From: Clostridia bacterium
Lineage (GTDB): Bacteria > Bacillota > Clostridia > Oscillospirales > CAG-272
Direction: 5' to 3'
Assembly (NCBI GenBank): GCA_017508405.1
Contig: JAFVYY010000089.1
Span: 1-40,646 of the forward strand
Length of the DNA stretch: 40,646 nt
Below are positions 28,763-38,625 of the stretch, piece by piece; the first letter of the stretch is position 1, and each line of letters opens with the position of its first letter. Under the pieces are notes generated by a model. That model saw nothing but the letters and a program-made list of their open reading frames with translations, searched no databases and was not told the DNA's origin. Made by a program: the position numbers and the translations under genes.

Positions 28763-29620
28763 TTATTTGTGCTTCATTCTGATGCGTACGCCGTTCTTGC
28801 TCTTTGCCTGTGAGGAATTGTGTACAAGATATTCCTCAAGCTTCTTCTTCATGGTAGCTCTTGTGAAGTTCCTGTAAATATGTCCCTCATGAGCAATGGA
28901 AACAATACCCGTTTCCTCCGAAACCACAACGGCAATACAGTCGCTGTTTTCACTCGCTCCGATGGCAGCTCTGTGTCTTGTGCCTAAATCCTTAATAATA
29001 TCAGAGTTTATAGACAGTGGGAGCAAGCATCCTGCTGAATAAATTCTGTTATCACGTATAATCACCGCTCCGTCATGCAAGGGAGCCTTATCGTAGAATA
29101 TGTTTCTCAAAAGATAAGAGCTGACCTGCGCATTGATAACCGTACCCGTAAGGATAAGGTCGCCAAGCTTTGTATTTCTTTCAAACACGATAAGAGCGCC
29201 TGTTTTGGACTTGGCAAGCTCAAAGGTTGCGTTTGAGATCTCATCTATCATCGCAATTGTCTGCGTGCTGTTCTTTTCTCCAATAACCTTAATACCCTTA
29301 AGAGAATTATCACCTAACTTTTCAAGACCTGAACGGATCTCGGGCTGGAAAATAACAACGAGAAGAACGAGACCTACATCAATTGCATGGGAAAGAATAT
29401 ACTGCATTGCGCGAAGCGATAAAATTTCGCAAAGAATGAGCAAAATAAAGATAAAGCCTACACCTATTGCAAGCTTACCCGCTCTTCTTTCCTTCATGAA
29501 GAGGTAAATAACAAAAAGTACGCCTGAGAGACAAAGTATATCAATAATGTCAAAGACAGATATCAGCTTAAACATTGAAAAGAAATGAACTATATAATTC
29601 CAAATCATTTTTACAGTCAA
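28763..29620 (-). CDS. cdaA: Diadenylate cyclase CdaA
   Basis: 3 TM, IFQPEIR, PLHDGA, GTRHRAA, VSEETG. Confidence 0.96.
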   Translation of the reverse strand: MTVKMIWNYIVHFFSMFKLISVFDIIDILCLSGVLFVIYLFMKERRAGKLAIGVGFIFILLILCEILSLRAMQYILSHAIDVGLVLLVVIFQPEIRSGLEKLGDNSLKGIKVIGEKNSTQTIAMIDEISNATFELAKSKTGALIVFERNTKLGDLILTGTVINAQVSSYLLRNIFYDKAPLHDGAVIIRDNRIYSAGCLLPLSINSDIIKDLGTRHRAAIGASENSDCIAVVVSEETGIVSIAHEGHIYRNFTRATMKKKLEEYLVHNSSQAKSKNGVRIRMKHK

Positions 29621-29698
29621 CTCCCGTTCTAATCAGTTTCGTATATAAAATGCGTAAGAAACGCCTGAGCGTATGCAAATATATTATATTATACAAAA

Positions 29699-29727
29699 AT
29701 TATATCATAGCTTTTCTGCTTTGACAA
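29699..29727 (-). promoter_or_regulatory. Sigma-A promoter of cdaA operon
   Basis: TTGTCA-N17-TATAAT with TG extension. Confidence 0.7.
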
Positions 29728-29770
29728 GAGATTTACCGAACTTTTTTAATTAAAGTAACCCTTTTTTTGC

Positions 29771-29806
29771 AAAAAAAGAAAAAAATCGCTCATCAAGAGC
29801 GATTTT
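29771..29806 (-). terminator. Intrinsic terminator
   Basis: AAAATCGCTC-N5-GAGCGATTTT with long minus-strand T tract. Confidence 0.8.
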
Positions 29807-29810
29807 ACAG

Positions 29811-30509
29811 TTAAAAAATAAGCTTTGCTCCGCCAAAATCAACCACATCCCCCGACAAAATTGATATGATAGACATTTCAAGAGCGTCTACGTGAGCCTT
29901 TATTTTACTATAATCAAGCAAGGTTTCCGCATTTCCGAAAACGAAAATTTTACCGTCACACACAAGACCGGCTCCGCCGATAAAGCCTGTATTATATCCC
30001 GGTAGTTTTATGTTTTGCTCTCTGATAAAAGTAACCTTAATTCCGCAACTTTCCAATGCATTTTTTACAGATACATCGGCAGTTACGGCATTTTGACCGT
30101 CGAGGGCAAGAGTTGTACATGCGGTATAACCTTGATTTACGTTTATAAGCTCATATCCCTTTTCTATAGCGATGGCCTTAAGCTCCGTAGACAAAAAATC
30201 AATTTTTCCAAATATTCTTTTATCCATAACAAGAGCGTTAAGACCAATATCATGGGGATATTGGGATGATACGGGCGGCGTACATTTTATAACCTTATAC
30301 CCATTTTTCTCCGCTATATCAAATATTTCCTTATTATCCCAATAGTAATCCTCATAGCAAAAAATATTTTCTTCTATTATATTTATAAGCATATCGGCAT
30401 GGGATGAAACCGGTAAATCAAGTTTTTTATACGGTCTAAGAGGACAAACCTCAATTCCCGTAGCTTCTGTAAAGCCTTTACAAGCTTCTATATTTAAAAA
30501 AGCCTTCAT
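29811..30509 (-). CDS. DUF6873-like protein
   Basis: SHADM, YPHDI, VNQGYTAC, TAD, IKLPGYNTGFIGGA motifs. Confidence 0.75.
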   Translation of the reverse strand: MKAFLNIEACKGFTEATGIEVCPLRPYKKLDLPVSSHADMLINIIEENIFCYEDYYWDNKEIFDIAEKNGYKVIKCTPPVSSQYPHDIGLNALVMDKRIFGKIDFLSTELKAIAIEKGYELINVNQGYTACTTLALDGQNAVTADVSVKNALESCGIKVTFIREQNIKLPGYNTGFIGGAGLVCDGKIFVFGNAETLLDYSKIKAHVDALEMSIISILSGDVVDFGGAKLIF

Positions 30510-30536
30510 ATAACCTCACAAATCTATTATAAAGTG

Positions 30537-30564
30537 AAAAAAAGACCGCAGAATACGGTCTTTT
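30537..30564 (-). terminator. Terminator after rpmB
   Basis: AAAAGACCG-N7-CGGTCTTTT. Confidence 0.8.
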
Positions 30565-30579
30565 GATTTCATTAATCAG

Positions 30580-30765
30580 TTAGGCACGAGTTACCTTGCC
30601 GGAACGAAGGCAACGGGAGCATACATAAACTGTCTTGTTTGAACCTTCAACAACAGCCTTAACTCTTCTGATGTTGGGCTTCCAAGTTCTGTTGGTCTTA
30701 CGGTTAGAGTGGGAAACGTTGTGTCCAAAAACTACGCCCTTACCGCATACATCACATTTAGCCAT
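30580..30765 (-). CDS. rpmB: 50S ribosomal protein L28 (Cys-containing form)
   Basis: [35 protein letters not shown]. Confidence 0.97.
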   Translation of the reverse strand: MAKCDVCGKGVVFGHNVSHSNRKTNRTWKPNIRRVKAVVEGSNKTVYVCSRCLRSGKVTRA

Positions 30766-30818
30766 TTTTTACACCTCCATTAGAGTAGAAAATTAACCTA
30801 CTAAAATTCACGCTTGCT

Positions 30819-30847
30819 ATTATAACACAGTATTTTTTCAATTGCAA
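30819..30847 (-). promoter_or_regulatory. Sigma-A promoter of rpmB
   Basis: TTGCAA-N17-TATAAT with TG extension. Confidence 0.75.
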
Positions 30848-30864
30848 TAGCAAAATCGAATTTT

Positions 30865-32472
30865 TTAATTATTTTTTTGAATTTTTTTCAAAATGTGGTC
30901 AAGAGATATACCATATTTGTTTGCAATATCTCTTGCATAGCTTTTTCCATCAGGCTTTGCACGTAAAATCTTAAAGCTTCTCTGTCCGTTATTCATGCCC
31001 GCAACGAGAGTGTCGATTTTAGCGCCGCCGTCTGCCGTGCATTTTTCATTTATCTCATCTATCATAGATGAAAGCTCATGTAAGTGAGTTGAGAATATAC
31101 CTCGGCATCCTACCATCGAAAAGCCGCAAAGCACCTCTGATGCAATATACGCACCCTCAAACGATCCGGTTGATGAAAGAGATTCATCAAGAAGAACAAG
31201 GCTGTTTTCTGTTACCTTATCAAATATATCATCAAGACGGGCACACTCTTCTCCAAGTCTACCCTTATCAATGGTATCCTCTGATCCTGTGGGGAAATGA
31301 GTAAATATCGCATCAACGGGACTTATCACCGCTTCCTCGGCGCTTACTGCGAGACCGAGCTGAGCAAGTGCGAATACGTGACCGATTGAACACGTAATAA
31401 CCGATTTACCGCCACGGTTAGGTCCGGATAATACATAAAATCTTCCGTTATCATCAAACGCAAAATCATTTGTTACCATTTTCGCATCAACCTTGGATGC
31501 TACGACGGGGTTGTAAATTCCCTTTACGTCAAACTTCTTCTCCTCCATAGGCATCATCTTGGGGAAGCAGAAGCTATTTTCGGAATTTTTGAATTTGTTA
31601 AGAAGCTCTGTACCTCTTACTATAAACTCCATCTCAGGCATAAGCTTGATAAGGAAATCGGCATTTTCAAGAACGTAAGTCTGAATTACCTTTCTCCATG
31701 AACGCATTGAAGTCTTGAACACGTTTGCAAGAGCGCCGTTGAAAGCATTTGTAAGAGCTGTCTGCTGATTGTCGGACTGTCCCTTTTTAAACGGTATCAA
31801 TGAAGAAATACAGGTGTATTCATTTGTTCTGAAATCAAGTCTTAAAATCTTTTCAAGAAGCTCTCCGGACTTAAATCTGTCATTATTAACGCTCAAAACA
31901 CCTGCATATTCAGGACGAAGCTGCGAATTAAGGTTTACACCTATAGTAACGCTTTTAACCTCGCTTATACGGGTTGTAAGCTCCTTAAGCTTTACATTAA
32001 GATCCTTGTAGTAATCGCTTTCCGTAAGCTCCTTAATTCTTTCGGTAAGGGCAATAAGCGCCTGACTCTTGAATTTGCCCATCATAGGATACAATCCCTC
32101 GGAAAGAAGCTCCATTGCGGAAATGTAAAGCTCTATTTCCGTAATACTGTAAAGATATCCCTCTGAAGCCTCAGTATCCTGTGAAAGACGGCGAATCTCC
32201 GAAATATCAAGAAGAATGGGGCTTACTTTCTCAAAAAGATCGCAAAGCTCAGGATTCTCCATCATATCCTCAAATACCTTTTGACGGTATTCAATTACAT
32301 TAATATCCTTTGTGAAGAAGTCACAAAGTCTACCGGACTTAAGATCGATAATTGACGTAAGCTGAAGCTCCTCTAAAACCTCTGTAGAGATGTTGGCCCT
32401 ATCAACCCCATCAACACCCTTAGTAAGCGTTTCTATATCGGGGTATAAAAGGCTTATTTCCAAATTCTGCAT
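30865..32472 (-). CDS. MutS-related ATPase (domain V; no mismatch-binding domain)
   Basis: SGPNRGGKS, LAQLG, GRLGEE, LLDESLSST, STHLHEL, SYARDIA. Confidence 0.88.
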   Translation of the reverse strand: MQNLEISLLYPDIETLTKGVDGVDRANISTEVLEELQLTSIIDLKSGRLCDFFTKDINVIEYRQKVFEDMMENPELCDLFEKVSPILLDISEIRRLSQDTEASEGYLYSITEIELYISAMELLSEGLYPMMGKFKSQALIALTERIKELTESDYYKDLNVKLKELTTRISEVKSVTIGVNLNSQLRPEYAGVLSVNNDRFKSGELLEKILRLDFRTNEYTCISSLIPFKKGQSDNQQTALTNAFNGALANVFKTSMRSWRKVIQTYVLENADFLIKLMPEMEFIVRGTELLNKFKNSENSFCFPKMMPMEEKKFDVKGIYNPVVASKVDAKMVTNDFAFDDNGRFYVLSGPNRGGKSVITCSIGHVFALAQLGLAVSAEEAVISPVDAIFTHFPTGSEDTIDKGRLGEECARLDDIFDKVTENSLVLLDESLSSTGSFEGAYIASEVLCGFSMVGCRGIFSTHLHELSSMIDEINEKCTADGGAKIDTLVAGMNNGQRSFKILRAKPDGKSYARDIANKYGISLDHILKKIQKNN

Positions 32473-32499
32473 ATTAATCCTCTATTCCAACCAAAACGG

Positions 32500-33675
32500 T
32501 TATTTATTCTTTTTATTTCCGGGAGAAAAGTACACTGACTCTATCGGTGTTTCGTCATCATCCTTTTTCCCTTTCAAAAAGGCCTTACTCTTCGCTGAGC
32601 CCCTTATTTCGTTCTTTTCCTTTATGAGACGCTTTAATCCGTCTATTACCACCTTTTTATCGTCTCCCTTTGCCGATATAATACCGAAAATAAACTTCAT
32701 TTTGTCTATCATTATATCGGAAAGCGTAGATGCATTTGTAGTGGTTGCGAGTCTGTAAAAGCTCTCCACAAAGCGATGTCTGTCCTCTTCCGGCATTTTG
32801 CTCACCCATGCCTTAAGCAGCTGATGAAATTCATCGCTTCCGTTTTCAAATTCATTGGCGTTTACAAATTCCGCTCCCATAACGCTCCATGAAAATGCGT
32901 CGTGCTGCATAACCCCTTTGTTAAAGCTCTTTACGATTTCGTACTCACCTATAATATCGAATATCCTGCCGATTATAGAGCCCTCAGGCATTATGTTTCT
33001 TATTTTTTCAACGGTTACGGAATCATTCACCATATCTGTGAATTTATCGGTAAATCCGGGACCGTCGTAGTTAAATACTGTTACTATTCTCTTTTTGACC
33101 TTGGGATTTACGTTCAATGCAGAGTATACCGAAATGTTTCCTCCCTTAGAATGTCCCCCAAGATACAACCTATCCTTTGTAAGCTTAGCTATCTTTTCAA
33201 CATACTCTACTCCTTCAGTTTGTGCCGGAATAGGTGTGAAAAGCGCCATATTAAGATTCTCTTTCCAACCAACCAATGTATCGTCAGTGCCACGAAAGGC
33301 TATAAAGGTGTTCTTTTTCCCCCAAGAAAAGCACATAGCCGAAAATTGCTTTTCAGCATCCTTGCTTATTTCGTTTACATAAGCCCACATCTTAACCTCT
33401 GCAAAGCGATTGCTTCTGCATACCATTCTGAAAAGACGGATGATCTCAGGACCGGGAAGGATAGCTCCGATTGACCTATCCTCATCATAAACATCAAAAA
33501 ATCTATCGGCAACCTCAGATAAAAGCAGCTTTTCATTACTGTTTATATGAGGAACAAAATGCTCAAAGGGTAAATAGGACAGCTCAGTAAATATAAGACT
33601 GTCGATTTCATTTAGCGGTGAATGTGAAAATGGAATATCGCAACGCCACTTTACATAATCCAAAACATTTGACAT
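32500..33675 (-). CDS. DUF2974 (Mbeg1-like) alpha/beta hydrolase
   Basis: QFSA, AFRGTDDTLVGWKEN, GGHSKGG, YDGPGF, QHDAFSW. Confidence 0.88.
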   Translation of the reverse strand: MSNVLDYVKWRCDIPFSHSPLNEIDSLIFTELSYLPFEHFVPHINSNEKLLLSEVADRFFDVYDEDRSIGAILPGPEIIRLFRMVCRSNRFAEVKMWAYVNEISKDAEKQFSAMCFSWGKKNTFIAFRGTDDTLVGWKENLNMALFTPIPAQTEGVEYVEKIAKLTKDRLYLGGHSKGGNISVYSALNVNPKVKKRIVTVFNYDGPGFTDKFTDMVNDSVTVEKIRNIMPEGSIIGRIFDIIGEYEIVKSFNKGVMQHDAFSWSVMGAEFVNANEFENGSDEFHQLLKAWVSKMPEEDRHRFVESFYRLATTTNASTLSDIMIDKMKFIFGIISAKGDDKKVVIDGLKRLIKEKNEIRGSAKSKAFLKGKKDDDETPIESVYFSPGNKKNK

Positions 33676-33760
33676 TTAAATTCACCTCTTCAAGATATTT
33701 TATCACACTTTTTTTATATTTTCAATATATATTGCGTATTTTTACGCGCGATAAACAGCC

Positions 33761-33796
33761 AAAAAAAGAAAAATTCGGGAGTAGATCCCGAATTTT
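33761..33796 (-). terminator. Terminator after glycoside hydrolase
   Basis: AAAATTCGGGA-N5-TCCCGAATTTT with minus-strand T tract. Confidence 0.82.
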
Positions 33797-33806
33797 CTTG
33801 TTTTAA

Positions 33807-35729
33807 TTAATAATTCAAAACTATAAGCTGATGAAGTTCCATTTTTTCCACGTTAAATGTGATCTTGCCGTCCTTCTGCACAAAGGGTATTTCCTTATTT
33901 TGAGGAACAAGTGTCACACTCTTTACCTGCTCGGGAACGGAAAGCTTGATTTCCGTATTATAGAGAGGGGGGAAATCCTCAAGCAAGCATACGTTTCCTC
34001 TGTTGATCGGGGGAGCGTAAAGCATATGAACCGCATAAAAGCTCTTTTCCTCACTCTTACGTACTCTTACTCTCGCACAGGATGGATAATAATTGAATTC
34101 GATATTCTTTTCATAGACCTCTGCAACAGCCTTTTTGATATATCTTTCAAGTACATAGTTACCGGAGCTGTTATACGCTGCAAAAACGGGATGGGCGAAA
34201 TATATAACCTTATCATTTTTAACAAGCGCAGGATAGCTTGCAGGCTCTTCCTTAAAGGGAGTGTTCTTGTGACCGCAAAAATGGCGGAAGGTACGGTTAA
34301 AATAAGGCTCGTAAACCTTTGCAAGTACTTCTCCTTTACACTCTGCAACGTAAGCCTTAGTGTAGGACAGGAACGGTGTCGTTATTTCCTCCATATCGCA
34401 TGAGATGTAATCAAGGTCATATTCGGAGGGACCCTTTATGTCGATGCCGATTTCCTTAAATCCGCTGTTTCCGCTCGCAACGATTGCTCCGCCTTTTGAA
34501 ACATAGTCACATATTGCTTTTTTGTCTTCATCCGAAAGCTTCACGCAGTCAGGAAGAATAATGCATTTGTACTTTGAAATATCATCTCCCGACTCTATAA
34601 CGTCAAACTCAAGGTGCATAATCTGGACCATCTTTGAAGCGCCCATATCAGAGTCATAATTGTGGCTCATCCAAATACCGATATCCGTATATGCCTTAGT
34701 GTTTTCAGAATATTTCTCTATTTTTTCAGTGTAATCAAACGCATGTCCTATAATAGCATAGGTACTGTCATCAAGCTTACCAAGAGGGTGCAAATGGTCG
34801 CCTACCGAGATTGATGCGCCAATACTTACCATATCTGCGCATTCATATTTGAGTGCGTCCTTATTTTTAAATCCGCCGAATTCTCCCCAAGCGTGATGGA
34901 ATTTACCCGTCATGCCCCAGAACTTCTTTCCGTACTTCTCAAAGAATTTAGCGCGTAAGGGCATAAGATCGTATCCACCCCATGCGGTAGGAAGATCCTC
35001 AAGCTCATAATGTGTCTGATAAGGATGATACTCAGGTCTGTTTTGGTCTGCTCCGCCATTGTAAAAAACGGGTGCGCCGGGAGTATACTGATGAACTATT
35101 CCGGTAAGCTCCTTCATAAGCTCAATACGCTTGATTCTATAATATTTCTGCGCATCCGCATAATTGTCGGGGTCAAGTCCCATTTCCTTCATACCTGCCT
35201 TGCAGCTTTCACAAGCACAAGCATCTCTCATAAAGCAAATATCATAAAAAACACCGTCTTTTGTATCAAACTGCTGACAAACCTCATGGGTAATATCTAT
35301 AAGATGCTGCTTATATCCGCCAACAGGACAAAGTGTTGTCCATGTACAATCGTGAATGGGCGTATCAAGATCATCTGTAGGGCGGGTACCGAAATATATA
35401 GGCTCTTTTTTCCAAAAATCAATATGATGCCATTCGGGATGCTCGTCTGCATCAAGCTTGCTCCATCCCATAGTTATGTAAATAGGAGCCTCTGCCCCCG
35501 CATCATGAATTGCTTCTATCTGCTCCTTAAGAAGATTAAACTTAAGTCCGGGATGAACCGTACCAACCTTTGTAGGATAATAGCAATATCCGTGATGGCA
35601 TTTAGCAAATACTGTCATCAAGTCAATTTTTGCTTCTTTTACTGCTTTTGTAAATTCAGCCTTGTTGAATTTTGTACCTATTCCGTCAATTGCGGGGCTT
35701 GTGTGAAAGTCGAGATGTATGCATTTCAT
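33807..35729 (-). CDS. Glycoside hydrolase, GH151-like alpha-L-fucosidase (TIM barrel + trimerisation-like domain)
   Basis: IHLDFHTS, FAKCHHGYCYYPT, GVFYDI, ELEDLP, GKFHHAWGEFGG, GDHLHP; no signal peptide; near fucI. Confidence 0.75.
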   Translation of the reverse strand: MKCIHLDFHTSPAIDGIGTKFNKAEFTKAVKEAKIDLMTVFAKCHHGYCYYPTKVGTVHPGLKFNLLKEQIEAIHDAGAEAPIYITMGWSKLDADEHPEWHHIDFWKKEPIYFGTRPTDDLDTPIHDCTWTTLCPVGGYKQHLIDITHEVCQQFDTKDGVFYDICFMRDACACESCKAGMKEMGLDPDNYADAQKYYRIKRIELMKELTGIVHQYTPGAPVFYNGGADQNRPEYHPYQTHYELEDLPTAWGGYDLMPLRAKFFEKYGKKFWGMTGKFHHAWGEFGGFKNKDALKYECADMVSIGASISVGDHLHPLGKLDDSTYAIIGHAFDYTEKIEKYSENTKAYTDIGIWMSHNYDSDMGASKMVQIMHLEFDVIESGDDISKYKCIILPDCVKLSDEDKKAICDYVSKGGAIVASGNSGFKEIGIDIKGPSEYDLDYISCDMEEITTPFLSYTKAYVAECKGEVLAKVYEPYFNRTFRHFCGHKNTPFKEEPASYPALVKNDKVIYFAHPVFAAYNSSGNYVLERYIKKAVAEVYEKNIEFNYYPSCARVRVRKSEEKSFYAVHMLYAPPINRGNVCLLEDFPPLYNTEIKLSVPEQVKSVTLVPQNKEIPFVQKDGKITFNVEKMELHQLIVLNY

Positions 35730-35743
35730 AATAATACCTCCGT

Positions 35744-36310
35744 TTACTGATTTAAAATTCTGAATACGTATTGGACATCATTTATACCGAAAAATCCGTC
35801 ATAGCTGGCTCTTACAGTTCCATATCTGTTTCGCCTGCCCGCAGTTTCATAATATTGTCCTGTTTGAAATCTGATGTTACCTACGTTACCGTCCTTAATT
35901 TCCACGGTAATATTTGAAAGTCGGTAACGCTCATAGCTTATCAAGCTTTGCTTTGAATTATCATACAAAATATATACTCTTTTGTCTGTTATGGCGTATA
36001 CCGCATTATTTCTGTTTTTTATGGTTTTATATGGTAAAACAAAGACCATAAATATGCCAACAACGATAAATGGGATACCAAAAAGCGGGAAAACCGTTCC
36101 GATAGGTCCTCCGGAAGATGCAGAGGATGCCATTGCGGTCCAAAATATAGCAAATGCTAAAAAAGGAATTCCGAATAAAAACGTTGGCGTATCCTTAACG
36201 TTAAAGCGTTGCTTAACGGCCGGCATACCACACCATAATATATTTTCATCATACGAAATATACGGTTGGATCCTTGATAAAGGATTATATGACATATTTC
36301 CGTTATCCAT
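35744..36310 (-). CDS. Two-TM protein with bacterial PH-like domain
   Basis: ENILWCGMP, two TM helices, YAITDKRV, GNIRF. Confidence 0.7.
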   Translation of the reverse strand: MDNGNMSYNPLSRIQPYISYDENILWCGMPAVKQRFNVKDTPTFLFGIPFLAFAIFWTAMASSASSGGPIGTVFPLFGIPFIVVGIFMVFVLPYKTIKNRNNAVYAITDKRVYILYDNSKQSLISYERYRLSNITVEIKDGNVGNIRFQTGQYYETAGRRNRYGTVRASYDGFFGINDVQYVFRILNQ

Positions 36311-36337
36311 AATGTCCTCCTTTTCTTAACTGCTATT

Positions 36338-36405
36338 ATTTTATCATATAAGACGCACAAATGCAAGTAAAATACATTGACTGCAAGGAGTTTTAATGGT
36401 ATAAT
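36338..36405. promoter_or_regulatory. Divergent sigma-A promoter pair
   Basis: Plus: TTGACT-N17-TATAAT (36377-36405); minus: TTGCAT-N17-TAAAAT (36366-36338). Confidence 0.65.
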
Positions 36406-36420
36406 TTTAAAAAAGGAGGG

Positions 36421-37149
36421 ATGAAAATGAACATTGCCATTATAAGCGGTGCTTCCCGTGGTATCGGCAGGGCTATTGCTGCGGAAATAGACAGGGAGAA
36501 TCTTGACCAGCTTTGGTTCATCAGTCGCAGCTACGAGGATAAGGGAGATTTTAAAACTCCCGTAAGGCATTTTTCCCTCAACCTTTCTTCACCGTCCTTT
36601 ACAGATGCTATAAAATCGGCGCTTACCGAAAGCGGATGCAAAATAAAGTACCTTGTATGCTCCGCAGGAGTGGGATATACGGGTAAATTAGAGGAGCTTA
36701 CCGAAGAGGAGATAGGAAACACCGTAGCTTTAAACTGTACCGCCCTTTCTCTTCTTACTAAAATATGTATTCCGTATATGGAAAAAGGCGGGAAAATACT
36801 TGAGATCGCATCAGGAGCGGGCTTTTTGCCACAGCCGTCATTTTCCGCATATGCTGCATCAAAAGCCTATGTAATAAGCCTTTCAAGAGCCTTGAGAACG
36901 GAGCTTAAGGAACGGGAAATAAACGTTACAGCCGTTTGCCCGGGTCCTGTTGATACAGACTTTTTTAAGGAGCTTGACCCTCCGGAATACAAGAAAAAAT
37001 ATGTAATCTCTGCTGAAAAAGTGGCTAAAAAAGCAATAAAATCAGTAAAGAAAAATAAGGCGGTTTGCTCAACCTCCCTTTCTATAAAGCTTGTTCATTT
37101 CGTATCTAAGCTTATTCCGACGTCCTTTATTCTTAAATTTTACAAATAA
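36421..37149 (+). CDS. SDR family oxidoreductase (DltE-like)
   Basis: SGASRGIG, YAASK, VCPGPVDT; AGGAGG RBS. Confidence 0.9.
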   Translation: MKMNIAIISGASRGIGRAIAAEIDRENLDQLWFISRSYEDKGDFKTPVRHFSLNLSSPSFTDAIKSALTESGCKIKYLVCSAGVGYTGKLEELTEEEIGNTVALNCTALSLLTKICIPYMEKGGKILEIASGAGFLPQPSFSAYAASKAYVISLSRALRTELKEREINVTAVCPGPVDTDFFKELDPPEYKKKYVISAEKVAKKAIKSVKKNKAVCSTSLSIKLVHFVSKLIPTSFILKFYK

Positions 37150-37172
37150 AAAAGCGGCTTTGCCGCTCTTTT
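37147..37172. terminator. Bidirectional terminator
   Basis: AGCGGC-TTT-GCCGCT flanked by A and T tracts between convergent genes. Confidence 0.7.
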
Positions 37173-37175
37173 ATT

Positions 37176-37604
37176 TTACAGATGATACCTTAAAACCTCG
37201 TTAAGACGCTGCTCTGATGATATTATCTCTCTTGCTATATTTTTGCTTTCCTCAGTTGCATTTTTATATTGGTTCAAATATTTAGAAAGAGATTTGACTC
37301 CCATATTGCAGCCGTCCGTCATAACATCCGCTACGGTTTTCTCGCTGTTGTTCATCATTAGCTTGCCGCGTATTTTCATATCGCTCATAACCCTTGCAAT
37401 TGCGTGAGGCTCCTTAGTTTCCGCCTTATAAGCAAGAAGCATTTTATGCGTTCTGTCACCGAGTTCCGCATGCTGATCCTTACATTTATTAAGACTGCTC
37501 TTTAATTCGTTGCTTTTTACGTATGGCATTACCCTTGAAATCGAGGATACTCCCATTTTAACTCCCGCATTACATTCCTTAAGTAGCTTTACCGTATCGT
37601 TCAT
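37176..37604 (-). CDS. Conserved all-helical hypothetical protein (possibly ferritin-like)
   Basis: GGAGG RBS before ATG 37604; internally repeated GxxMGV helices (GVKMGV, GCNMGV). Confidence 0.7.
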   Translation of the reverse strand: MNDTVKLLKECNAGVKMGVSSISRVMPYVKSNELKSSLNKCKDQHAELGDRTHKMLLAYKAETKEPHAIARVMSDMKIRGKLMMNNSEKTVADVMTDGCNMGVKSLSKYLNQYKNATEESKNIAREIISSEQRLNEVLRYHL

Positions 37605-37646
37605 AAATACCTCCACAAATTTTATATACCTATTATTGACAAAAGA

Positions 37647-37682
37647 AAAAAATACCAACCGTAATTTCGGTTGGTATTTTTT
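37647..37682 (-). terminator. Terminator of fucI-nucleotidyltransferase operon
   Basis: AAAAAATACCAACCG-N6-CGGTTGGTATTTTTT. Confidence 0.88.
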
Positions 37683-37692
37683 GGTATTTAAA

Positions 37693-38607
37693 TTAATAAA
37701 GTGTCTTGGAATACGTGCCGTTAGCTTGAAGCTTCAAGAATTCTTCCTTAACTGCGTACTTATCCTCTCCGTATGTAACTCCGAACCACTTATCGTTGGT
37801 GGGAAGCACCTTAACGGATGCCTTTCCGGATTCAACAAGACCGCCGATTACAGAGGGAAGGAGATATTCGCCCTTAAGCTGATTAAGGTTGGGGTTTGAA
37901 AGGAATTCCACAAATCCGCCCTCAAGAACGTCGATAAAGTCGGGTGTAAGACCCCACATGTTCATAGAAACAAACGCCTCGGGATCAAGGGGAGATACTT
38001 CTCCGTCCTTTGCAACGCCTGCACCTGTTGCAGTTTTAACGATATCGGATGTTTCTACTACCTTAGTAAGATAGTTATCAGCATTTACTTCACATACTCC
38101 GCGTGTTACTCCGCCGTTATCGCTCAAGGTGTTCTTAAGAATGAAGCCTGCCATACAGAAATTGTACTGCGCAATTTCAGCCTGATCGTTAACAAGGAAC
38201 TCGTGAACTGTCTTAAATGCTTCCTTACCGTAGTAATCGTCTGCATTAATTACCATAAAAGGCTCTGTTACAATACCCTTTGTAGCAAGAACGGCTTGAC
38301 CTGTTCCCCAAGGTTTCTTTCTTTCGGGAGGATTTGTAAATCCTGCGGGAAGATCATCGATATTCTGATATGCATAAGCAACCTCACAAATACCGGAAAT
38401 CTTATCTCCTACAACCTCTTTAAAATAGTCCTCCATTTCCTTACGAATGATAAATACTACCTTATTGAAGCCTGCTTCAAGGGCGTCGTGAATGGAGTAT
38501 TCCATAATAACCTCTCCGTTAGGTCCGAGAGGCTCAAGCTGCTTAATACCGCCGCCGAAACGGGAGCCGATACCAGCCGCCATAATTACAAGTGATGTCT
38601 TCTTCAT
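37693..38607 (-). CDS. Sugar-phosphate nucleotidyltransferase
   Basis: MAAGIGSRFGGGIKQ, KPWGTGQA, INADDYYG, SMNMWG, WFGVTY. Confidence 0.9.
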   Translation of the reverse strand: MKKTSLVIMAAGIGSRFGGGIKQLEPLGPNGEVIMEYSIHDALEAGFNKVVFIIRKEMEDYFKEVVGDKISGICEVAYAYQNIDDLPAGFTNPPERKKPWGTGQAVLATKGIVTEPFMVINADDYYGKEAFKTVHEFLVNDQAEIAQYNFCMAGFILKNTLSDNGGVTRGVCEVNADNYLTKVVETSDIVKTATGAGVAKDGEVSPLDPEAFVSMNMWGLTPDFIDVLEGGFVEFLSNPNLNQLKGEYLLPSVIGGLVESGKASVKVLPTNDKWFGVTYGEDKYAVKEEFLKLQANGTYSKTLY

Positions 38608-38625
38608 TAGTGTATCTCCTAAAAA

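Noticed and set aside
35010-35750. 246-aa antisense ORF inside the GH151-like gene
   Set aside because: Mirror-frame artefact opposite a well-supported gene
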